A stretch of 27,544 nucleotides of DNA, from contig JALJEE010000561.1 of the NCBI GenBank assembly GCA_023231475.1, positions 62,001-89,544 of the forward strand. The letters run 5' to 3'. The notes beneath the pieces are model-generated. The model searched no databases. It was not told the origin of the DNA and saw only the letters and a program-made list of their open reading frames with translations. A program made the position numbers and the translations under genes. Below are positions 11,997 through 21,877 of the stretch, piece after piece. This stretch comes from Seison nebaliae. Its lineage: Eukaryota. The number at the start of each line of letters is the position of its first letter. Within the stretch, counting starts at the first letter, position 1.

Positions 11997-13037
11997 TCAA
12001 TTGGATAATGTGAGAGGGGAAGGAAGCGATTGTGGATGTCTTGTCGATAGGAGTCCACTCCAAGTAATGGATAGGAGTTGAAGATCGGATGAATGTGAAT
12101 TGTCGAAAAAAGATAAAACGAATTTCTTATGAACAGTTGTAGCTAATCTGCCGAATGCTGATAAGAAATTTGATCGTAGTTTTTTCATTTCATTCCGTTT
12201 GAGACATCGAACGATAGCATATGAGTGAGAAAATTTGGGCGATTGTTCATAAAGTAAGTAATCGCCACCGAATTTCATACCATCTGTCACATAGTTACCG
12301 AGATTGCGATAATGGAAATAAGTTGCCAATCGACATTGTTGTGTTTCGTCCGTTGGACGAGAGAATAAGAGATTTGTTCGATTACGACAAAGTTCCTGAT
12401 TAGTCAAATATCGAAAGAGAACTGAATAATTCGCTTGTGTAATTTGTGATGGATGTTCAATGGAATCATTCAATTGTTTCGAGTTTTTTCGTTGATGGAA
12501 ATCATCGGCGATGCGTCGATTTAACCAATTGGTTAAATTGTTCATTTTTCCTCTCTCAATCTCTAATTGAGATTGAATTTGGAGGTCAGTTGTGTCGAAG
12601 GAATTGATGGAATAAAGTTGAATGTTCCATTTATGTTGATTTTCCATCAAATAATGGAATTCTTCAATCAACAGACAAATGGGTGAAATATTCGTTATGA
12701 CTTGACTGGACGCTTTTGAAAAAACTCCGAGATAAGCTTGAGTACTAATATGACATTTGTCTTCCAGATATCGAATAGAATTTCCATCGAAAATTAATGG
12801 GAGAAATTCTTCGATTTCTCCTTCTTTCTCCTTAATAATTGAGAGATGAATACGACAAATATTATCATTATTCTCTTCAATCAAATATTCAATTTTTTCT
12901 TCTTTTGAATTATCATTCTCTAACTCATTTGTAGTTTCTTCTAACGAATTTCCATCTTTTATTTTTTCTATTTCAATATTCTTTTCTTCAACGGATTTAT
13001 TCGATATCGTTTTCCCACTTTCCATCTCATTCTCCAT
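11997..13037 (-). CDS. TSEN34: tRNA-splicing endonuclease subunit Sen34, 346 aa, single exon
   Basis: Catalytic domain YVTDGMKFGGDYLLYEQSPKFSHS...AFGRLATTVHKKFVLS with the Tyr/His/Lys triad. The N-terminal block IFDGNSIRYL...SPICLLIEEFHYLME matches Sen34 (PLxLxPEE) rather than Sen2. Confidence 0.9.
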   Translation of the reverse strand: MENEMESGKTISNKSVEEKNIEIEKIKDGNSLEETTNELENDNSKEEKIEYLIEENNDNICRIHLSIIKEKEGEIEEFLPLIFDGNSIRYLEDKCHISTQAYLGVFSKASSQVITNISPICLLIEEFHYLMENQHKWNIQLYSINSFDTTDLQIQSQLEIERGKMNNLTNWLNRRIADDFHQRKNSKQLNDSIEHPSQITQANYSVLFRYLTNQELCRNRTNLLFSRPTDETQQCRLATYFHYRNLGNYVTDGMKFGGDYLLYEQSPKFSHSYAIVRCLKRNEMKKLRSNFLSAFGRLATTVHKKFVLSFFDNSHSSDLQLLSITWSGLLSTRHPQSLPSPLTLSN

Positions 13038-13328
13038 TAGGTATGTTGTGACGAATTAGTTGATTGGAAGGAGAAAGAAAGTGGAAAAATGGGAAATTGG
13101 AGAAAGATTTTGTAAGGGACATATTGATGGGGGGGGGGGAAGGAAAGCTAAACAATTTAAAAAGTGAAAGAGACGGAGATGATGAAGAGTAGAATGAAAG
13201 AAGAGAATTTAAAAAAAAGATGAATGTCATTGGAGTGTGATGAATGGAGTGTGTAAATGTGAGTGGTGGGAAGGTTAAGCTTTTGTCCATCCGTCGTCAT
13301 CATTTCAAATGAGAAATGTTGTGATAAA
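13038..13328. promoter_or_regulatory. Probable bidirectional promoter and 5' UTRs of TSEN34 and COG6, with a G11 run at 13129-13139
   Basis: Divergent start codons are 291 bp apart. Promoter function is inferred from geometry only. Confidence 0.55.
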
Positions 13329-15761
13329 ATGAAAAATTCAGAAGAAATGAAGAATAGTGAGATGAAATTGTCGAATGTAAGATTGAAGGAGAATTTCGAT
13401 GCGATTAATGATCGAATAATTCGAATTCTTGAAATGAATTTAAATGACGATACATATCAGAATTTATTGGGATCGATTCATCATTGTTTAACGACAACGG
13501 ATGAGAGGAAAGGAGCAGGAGATGAATTGACTGATCGAGAAATGAAATGTTCATATATGAAGAAATATTTCTGGCAGAATAATAATAAGATGGTGGAGAA
13601 TTTATTGGAGAATGTGCAACCGTCGTTGGAGGTGATTGAAAGATTGGAATTGAAGTTCGACGGATTATTAGAGAAAGTGGATGAAATGGAATTCAGTCTC
13701 ACTAAATCTAAAGAGAATTCGAGAGAATTGATAAGTCAAACGACTGAATTGCAGAAAAAATATAATGAGAAGTTGTTGGAGGATCAATTATTAACTTCAT
13801 ATCAACATCGTTTCTTGTTGAATGAGAAGGAGAAATTGATTTTGACACAATTGAACGATAAGAATGAGAAGTTGTGTGAGGAATTCTTCCGAGTTTTCGA
13901 GAAGATTGAACGAATTCGGAAGAACTCGAAAATCCTGTTGCAATGTAAAGAAACGGTAGCGGCCGTTCAAATCATGGAGGAGATATCACATCATTATGAA
14001 TTGGCAAACGAAGAATTGTACAAATGGGTTCAGAATCGTGTAACACGATTATCACAAGAAGAGATTATTGATATTTCGAAAGATTTGGAGAATGCTCTCG
14101 AAATGATGTTGAATCGACCAATTCTATTCTATCATATCATCAAAGAATATGGTCGTACGAGAGGGAAAGAATTGTTAAATTGTTTCGTGAAACGATTAAT
14201 CGATTCGAATCGACAACAAATCGATTCGTTCAATTCATCCAATCCAGATCATAAATTAGATATCGTTCGATTTACTTCCGACGTTTTCGCTTGGTTACAT
14301 CAGACCATCGCTACGGAACGTGAGAATTCTCTCACTATTCTCAAATCAGTTCGTTGTCGTGACAAGTTATTGAGCGATAATGAATTGACAAAGAATTTAT
14401 TCTATTTCAATTCCATTTCTCAACATCATGAGAGAGAAGAAGAGAAGAAAGAAGGAAAAATAGAAGAGAAAGATTATTTCATTCAATTATCAATTCCATC
14501 AAATCAATTCGTTCTCTTAATTCTTGATACAGCAACGTCATATTTATCGAAAGTATTTAATGGGAAATTGAGTAAATTATTCATTTCTCCCATTTACTCT
14601 TTACCATCTATTCATTATCAATTAATTCAAATATTTTCCTTCTACATTCAAACACTCACTAATCATTTACCTTATCATTCTCAATTGATGATTACCATTC
14701 GTGATCTCTATTTGTTTGTGAGGAATATTTTCAAGAATACCATCCATACGGAAGCCACTCGAATTATGGGCAATTTTTCTAATAAGAACATCAAATCGAT
14801 GGTGACTGAACGAATTATTATTGATCTACAACCACCAGATGAATATCAGTCATTTTTAACATCATTCGGTCTCATGATTTATAAACCGACTATTGTCAAA
14901 TATTCTCGTACTCTCTCCATCTTCAATGGAACGGAGGATGACGAGAAGAATGGCATCTTATATGATGCCAACAAAGAAATAATTTCAATTCTAAAGAATG
15001 TTACACAAACTCTACTTTCTGCCATCAATTTAGGAGCGACACAATTAACTCGCAAATCCGATATCAATGTCTTCACACTCAATTGTCTCATTCCATTGAA
15101 GTATGCAATCTCGATGTACGAACGACATTCGTCCAAACATACTCAAGAGATTATGGATATGATGGAAGCGCGAATCTCAACTGAAATCGAAAGTTTAGCG
15201 AACGAACAAGTCTCTCAAATACTCATCATTTGTCAACTGTCTGAAATTTATAAATATGTTTTGGTTAATAGAAAAAAAAAAGGTTTAGACAAACAACAAT
15301 TAGACGAAGAACAATTAGATGAAGAACAATCAAACGACATACCAAAAATGACTTACATTGATCAATTGTTTTCTGACGAGAAATATCGAAAACAACTTCG
15401 TATTACATTCTCGAAAATACGATCCTTCTTCATCACACCATCCAACTTATTTCTTCCTTGTATTCTGAAGTTACGTGACGAACGAATCAGGTTTAATTTT
15501 TTTTTATTATAATTATTATTTGTTTATATTTCTCATATTTCTCTCCCGTCCAAATATTTTAGAACTGAAATTCTAGAGAAATCTTTGAAAATCTTCGAGA
15601 ACGTTTATCGTCTAATTTATTCGTATTTAATGATGACAAAGGATAATGATAATGGAGATGACGAATGTAAAACGATAAATCTTTTTATTGAGTATTTAAA
15701 TGAGAATAATTTACGAATATTATCAATCGATGAAATGAGCGATTGGTTCAAAAGTAAATGA
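13329..15761 (+). CDS. COG6: Conserved oligomeric Golgi complex subunit 6, about 786 aa; exons 13329-15490 and 15563-15761
   Basis: N-terminal coiled coil, ANEELYKWVQ, LNRPILFYHIIKEY and DIVRFTSDVFAWLHQTIATERE (cf. DPLRYVGDMLAWLHQ). The first in-frame ATG is at 13329; the ORF track's start at 13263 is GTG. A 72-nt intron (15491-15562) restores the frame to a TGA at 15759-15761. Confidence 0.9.
15285..15329 (+). repeat. 15-nt tandem repeat x3 in COG6 (LDKQQ/LDEEQ/LDEEQ)
   Basis: ttagacaaacaacaa ttagacgaagaacaa ttagatgaagaacaa. Confidence 0.85.
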
Positions 15762-15991
15762 TGAAGCGAAGTATATAAGGAAGAAGAAATTGAGAAGAAT
15801 GTTGTTGCAAAAGAAAGACAAGAAATTATTAGAAAGATTTATGCGATGGAAAATATGACGATAATGAAAATTATTAAAATCTATTTAAAAACAAAAGAAA
15901 AGAAGAGACTGGATAAAAAAGCGGATGTTATTGTTGTTAAATGATTGAAAAGAAAATAAATAATATTTCCATTAAACATCTTCTAATTATC

Positions 15992-18900
15992 TCATGTTTC
16001 AGATGATAATGTATACCATTCGGTAGTCATTTGATTCAGATCCAATTTACTCAAATCAATAATCGTCTGTCCCAGAAACTTTTGTTCATTCGACATAAAT
16101 GAACGATCATTATTTACTGTCACTTCCAACTGTTTCTTTGTCGCATCCATCAATGACAATTGCCATTCAAATCTAAAAGGGGAATGGAATATTTAAAATT
16201 CTGAAATAAATTCTCTTTAAAAAATTTAACTGATCTTCGAATTCTGGATCGAGATTATTTCGAATAACAACCGATTTCCGTTTCTGAGTACGTTCAGGTA
16301 ACAAATATAATTTGACATATGGATCAGATAAATTATCTTTATCTACATTCCTCAAATTTCTACATTTATGAATGACTACTTTCAATTTACTTCGTTCCAT
16401 AATATAACCGACACTAATTTGAATTTTGCCCCAACCTAAATCTTGATTAGAATTTGGTCGTTGTCTCAACGACGGATGTTCCTCTTCTAACAATCGATTA
16501 TTTGGTGACACATCACCATTATTATTATCTATATCAACATTTTCTGGAAGAATGTGTTGATCATCAAAATTCTTCTTGTCTATCGAGTTTGATTCGTTAA
16601 AGGACAATCCTTCATCTTCCGTCAAAGATGATTGTGGAGATGATGCTTCACTCTCCAACACCATAATCTTCAACCAAATCTTTAAGAATATTTTTGCATT
16701 ACCAACAGAATTTCCTGAATCATTCGTTATATCAAATGGACGTTCCATCGTCATATTTGGTCGATTGAGGAGAACGTTAATGGGAATTTGGACGGATCCA
16801 ATTCCTTCAGCTGGTTTATAATTCATTAAAGAGATTGTGAAATTTTGAGTTTCGCACGACATTACTAGAAATTGGAAGGTCTTATTCCAAGCCGGTTTCG
16901 TCGTTGACGCTTTAAACGATGTCTCTTCCGTTTTCTGTCCGACTTTCAGAAGACAATATGGACTTGGTTCCATTACATTATTATTTGCATCTGAAGTCAT
17001 CTGAAGAAGAGTTTTTATGAAATAAACTTTCATAAATAAATCAAACAGGAACGCCTTGAGCATAATCTACATGAACGAACAAGACTGCACTCGCTTTCGA
17101 CAGTTGACCCGATTTGTCCTGGAAAAGTCATTTTAAGCGATTAATAAGAAAAATTTATAGAAATTATCATTCACAATTCCAGAAAGTATAGCGACTAGCA
17201 AGAATGTTGAGAGATTAAAGAAGGTTGAAAGTTGCGAAGAGAATAAAATTGGAACAAGAACAACAATCGAATTCTGATCAACTAAAAAGAAATGTGGAGG
17301 AGAACTCGATTATGATGGATTAGAAGAAGAGAATTAAATTCTGATGATTCTCTGAAGAGAAATTAAATTGGAATGAATTGGAAGAAAGAGAATTGAACAT
17401 CAGCAAAATTTAAAAAAGTTTAAGCACAGACGTATTGAAGAACGGATAGCGAAAGAAGAAGAGGGGCAAGAGCAGAAGAAACAATTCACATTTTCTAATT
17501 AAACATGGCCAGATGAAAGCGAAAGAGAAAAGGATAAATAATAAATATTTGTTGAAATTCTTTAACCAATTGGTCAGATGCGTCGATCTAAAATATCAAG
17601 AGATAAATAAGATAATATATTAAGATTATTTAAAATGTGTTTGTATATTAGGAGAATGGAAAGGACAAATGGAGGAAGGAAAACATAATTATTAATAGGA
17701 CTCCAAATTCCCGTTAATAGGAACATTTAAAGATCAATTTAGCTGAATGAGGATCAGGAGAGAATTATTGAACCTTAGCATAGTCTAACGAATTAGACGA
17801 TAAGTTGTACCAATACGATTTTAGATGTAACATTCCAGTCAACGTATTCTCCAAAGGAATCCACTTCGATAACATTAAATATTGGATAGAATTGAAGAGA
17901 TAATTAAGAAAGTAACTGAATCGAAAACACCTTGATCTTTCAATGTTTTCACTGAGAGACTGACATCACCTAAAGCGTCATCTTCATCAGCATCCTTGTC
18001 GTACATATTCAATTCGAGACGAGCACCATTCTCATCTTGAATGATGGCTTCATAAATCGAATTCCAAACTGGTGACAATGTCCTCTTTTGTGTATGTGTT
18101 CGGAAATATTTATTTCCAACTAACAAATTCGAAAAAAAAAGTATTCGAATACATTAATTCACAATACTTAATCATTACGAAAGACGTTAACATCGAATTT
18201 TAACATATGGATCCGATTTGGCTCCAAATCCAATATCTTGTTTCCTCAATTCTTTCGCTTCAACCACTTCGATACGTAACACTCCCTATCAAATTCGAAT
18301 GAATATAATTAAAATCATCTCATAAATTTACTAACAGCACATAAATGATATTCCAAATCGGAAAGATCGATATCTTTGAAAATTGGAATTGTGTATCGAT
18401 TGGGCAAAACGAATAATGAATCGAATGTATCATTGACTTGTGTCAGAATCGTATCACTATTAGTTTAAATAAATATGTTATTTGAATGGAAATATGATAA
18501 ATGGAAGTTTAAACGTTATGCCTGGTACGCTAAGTGCATTGGCAACATCAGTAAAATCGAAATTGATATCCTTTCATAATTCAAATATGATTTTGAAGAA
18601 AACTTTTAATTTTCATGAAAAATTTAAATAGAACCGGTGATTGAAGGAAGAAAACGGTAATTCCACCAAACAACGGCATCCGTTTACATAACGGTTTCAA
18701 TACAATACGAATATTACCATGTAATTGTAAGTTTTTTATACCAGCCGTTATTCCTTTCACTTTACATTTGATACGAGCGTCACCTGCATATCTGAAATGT
18801 GGATAAGAAAATAAAAAACTGAATAAAAACCATAAAAATTATGAAGAAATTTCTAACAGAATTTCTGTATCGATTAGAATTTCATTTCTTCGTACATTTT

Positions 18901-19495
18901 CTGTGTAGGTTTTGAATCCTCCAAATCTTGGTGGCTGAGAAGAAATGAATGAAATGGAAATGATAAATATATCGAACAATGTCGCCCAAATCAATTTTTT
19001 CGAAAGAGAATTCTTGTAATTGTGCGTGAGCATTTTGGATGGCACTCTCTACGAAATTCCTCATAATTTCTGTCATATAATCCCCGAAATATGGCCATGC
19101 TTGTTTAATGATATTATTAAACCATTCGGCACGTTCCTTGTCCGGAAAATAGACCCATGCAGGAACTTCATGTAAACGTGCAAGAATTGCATCCTTCTCA
19201 TTCGTCATTAAATTCTGTGCCATAATTCGTTTCTCTTCATTATTCTTACTTCTCTTCTTCTCCCAGATATAGAGTAGTGATGCTATTAAAATCCATGCGA
19301 CACTGAAATTGAAATATCCTGGAAAGGAATTAAATTCCATCAAATTAAATCATTCAACTACCAACCTAACAACCAGACGACAAGAACGAGAATAGTTATT
19401 CGGAAGTAATTCTGGATAATTTTCATCACATAATTATTGTTCGAGCCTTTGCCTCGTATCGACGTCAGATAATTGCCTGGATTGGTTGAAGACAT
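15992..19495 (-). CDS. ESYT2: Extended synaptotagmin (ESYT2/3-type: hairpin anchor, SMP, three C2 domains), about 770 aa; exons 19495-19366, 19318-18978, 18934-18858, 18791-18635, 18570-18515, 18456-18336, 18285-18192, 18119-17917, 17863-17774, 17587-17567, 17118-17047, 17000-16231, 16172-15992
   Basis: Hydrophobic ILVLVVWLLGYFNFSVAWILIASLLYIW; SMP start VPAWVYFPDKERAEWFN; C2A GVLRIEVVEAKEL...SDPYVKI...YDKDADEDDALG; C2B EPSPYC; C2C LSDPYVKLYLLP...TTEWYTL. Twelve GT-AG introns give a 2313-nt open frame. The paralogue number is nominal. Confidence 0.92.
17567..17587 (-). other. 21-nt phase 0-0 micro-exon (IDASDQL) of the E-Syt gene
   Basis: On the minus strand: atattttag|ATCGACGCATCTGACCAATTG|gttaaag. 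It is in frame and lies inside an otherwise 655-nt intron. Confidence 0.6.
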
Positions 19496-19623
19496 AATTT
19501 TCTTCAAGAGAAAATTGTCCAAACACCAAAATTGTTTCGGAAGAGAATTTTCGAAAAAACCTAATTCTTTTCGATGAAAAAGTATAAACTTTATTTCTTT
19601 TTCTCTTCTACCTTTTAGATATC

Positions 19624-20675
19624 TTTTTTTTTTTTTTTATTAAGACGCGGAATCCCTATAGGTTAAAGCATAAAGAAAATCAATAAGAGAAGAATAATTG
19701 TTGCTGGAAATAAACTCACGACCACGAGACAACTCATCCCTCAGATGAATAGGAATAAATGATTCGAGATTAAAATTGTTAACTAAAGCGTCCAAATCTT
19801 TCGTAGAGGTGGGATATAATAAAGCATAATATTGACAGAAATATTTTGTAGGACTGTTGAATTGTTCACATTCTGCATATGTCGGATGAGGAAAAGAAGA
19901 TATGTTAATATCGGAAACGATTGACAGATACCTGTTAGCGATTAGCAATAGGAAAGAAGAGATGCCCATTAGGCAGAACATAAATGCTCGATTAAAGGGA
20001 CGTTTACATCCGAGTAAGATGTGGCAGCACCGATTGTATGCTCTATCCATAGAGCTCATGGACTGTATGGAAAATGAAATAGATGTCTGAATTCCTTAAA
20101 AATCCGTGCAGAATGTACGAAATAGCTGGATTTTCATGTCGATTGAGAATAGTTTACACCGATGGTGAAAGGAATAAAACGCTCGGATAAATTTTGATCT
20201 GAGCTTGTCAATGGACGATGAAGACTTCAAACGATTATCGATTCTACATCCGAGGAAAATGAGATCATTGTAGACTATTTCACGAAGTTCCGAATAGCGA
20301 GGGAAAATGGTTCGATTAGTTATGACTTTGCACTTTCTGGCATTACATTCAATTCCGCATTGGCTCATTCTTCTCACTACTACATCATAAACCGTTTTCA
20401 GGTTTTTTGATGATGTTTGCGAGGATGACTATATCATCAGCATATGGAAGAACTGCGGGATAATTATAATTTTCCAATGAAAAAGAGAATCGGTTATTGC
20501 AAGGAATTATTACATCGTCAAGTATTTTCCCAAATATCCAAGGGGCGAGGATGGAACTTTGACGTACACCTTTATTGATTACATATTCCTTTCCAATTTG
20601 CCCATTTATTTTTATTCGATCAGTAGAATCTTTCGATAAATATCGTATATATCGTAATAAATAGAATGATTTAAG
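19624..20675 (-). mobile_element. 5'-truncated, inactivated non-LTR retrotransposon (LINE): RT C-terminal half and poly(A) tail
   Basis: The minus strand reads RIKINGQIGKEYVINKGVRQSSILAPWIF...LPYADDIVILA (YADD at 20433-20444), then a 1-nt frameshift near 20403-20420, then GIECNARKCKVI...LIFLG...IQLFRTFCTDF, an in-frame TAA at 20096-20098, continuation in the same frame to a stop at 19640-19642, and A15 at 19624-19638. Confidence 0.9.
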
Positions 20676-21217
20676 TTAGTAAATTATTTATTTTTATAGT
20701 TAATCACTCGATGGTATGTGTCGATGAGAGGTAGATATGTGAACTCCCATATCTTTTCCCCCATACATACAACGAATAAGTTGATTACATAAGAAATTGC
20801 TAATAATCATCAACTCTCAATGTTTTTGTTCTTCGATTCATTCACTGCATAACTTCCATCATTCAATAGCGAATAGATGAAGAGTTACATTTTCATCTTT
20901 TTCTTTTTTCAAATAAATATATTATTCAAATTGTTGGCAAATTACATAATAACTGATAGAAAAATTTTTTTCTTTAATTTTCTTAAATTTGTTTTATTGA
21001 AATAAAAATCCAGATTATAAATAATTTCCATTGTAAAATGGGAATTTAAATTGATGGAATTTAATAAATTTATTTTCATAATGATAATTCGATAATGAAA
21101 CGAGAGAATGAATTCAATCACATTTTTTTCTTATTAGAATTTCTTTTCTTGTTTTTCAGTTCAGAAAGTTATGAATTCAGTTCTCATTCTCTAATTTGAG
21201 GAGGAAATGAGAAGAAA

Positions 21218-21667
21218 ATGGTATTGAATAGAATAAATAAAATTTATCCTTTTCTCTACAAATCATCTTCACTCTTCCATCGAACAATACATCTACAATC
21301 GTCATTGATGAAAGAACGATTGGCAAATTTGAAGATTAGTGAATCGGCAAGAAATTATATTGAAAATGAATTGAAATTGACTAATAATGAATATTTACGA
21401 ATTCTTATCGATAGTGGCGGTTGTTCAGGATTTCAATATAAATTTGAAATTATTAATGAAAACGAACGGAATGACGATGATCTCCTTTGCAAATTACATG
21501 ATAATGATAAGAGAATATCGATAATTGTTGACGAGATTTCTCATGATTTGATCAAGGGCTCTCTACTCGATTATCAAAAGGAAATTATTCGGAGCGGATT
21601 TGTCATCGACAAAAATCCACAAGGTGCCACTAACTGTTCATGTGGCGTGTCGTTCAGTTTGAAATAA
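21218..21667 (+). CDS. ISCA2: Mitochondrial iron-sulfur cluster assembly 2 homologue (A-type carrier, HesB family), 149 aa
   Basis: LRILIDSGGCSGFQYKF and NPQGATNCSCGVSFSLK, with EIIRSGF typical of ISCA2. The basic, acid-free N-terminus resembles a mitochondrial presequence. Confidence 0.93.
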   Translation: MVLNRINKIYPFLYKSSSLFHRTIHLQSSLMKERLANLKISESARNYIENELKLTNNEYLRILIDSGGCSGFQYKFEIINENERNDDDLLCKLHDNDKRISIIVDEISHDLIKGSLLDYQKEIIRSGFVIDKNPQGATNCSCGVSFSLK

Positions 21668-21877
21668 ATTCTTCAAAAAAAACTCTCTTAAATAGAAGAG
21701 AACAAATCGAATCAATCACTTCCACAATCAACAAATAAATATAAGATATTTAACTTCCCTAAGGATGTTTATTGGTGAAATTCGAAAGTTTTCTCTGTCA
21801 AAATATCTTCATGTCGATTTATTTAATTCTAATAAAAATTTTTATTTCAAATTCCTATTTTTACTATTCACTGAAAA

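Noticed and set aside
13263..13328. GTG/TTG starts in the ORF track (e.g. 31, 8387, 13263, 20377)
   Set aside because: These are artefacts of a prokaryote-style ORF caller. The window is eukaryotic, and these positions are internal to exons or upstream of the real ATG.
17121..17566. Additional micro-exons in the 448-nt E-Syt intron
   Set aside because: The candidate AG...GTT pairs I tested near 17260-17350 break the frame or contain stops.
1..19495. Functional cluster of membrane-traffic and lipid-transfer genes (ATG2, COG6, E-Syt)
   Set aside because: They are interspersed with unrelated genes in mixed orientation, with no evidence of co-regulation.
20096..20098. In-frame TAA as evidence of a variant genetic code or readthrough
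   Set aside because: It lies in a retroelement that is also frameshifted. Host genes use TAA and TGA as normal stops and have long uninterrupted frames.
19600..20760. Target-site duplication of the LINE
   Set aside because: Only short AT-rich matches to the left flank were found (tagatat, atatctttt), and they are not at the inferred 5' boundary.
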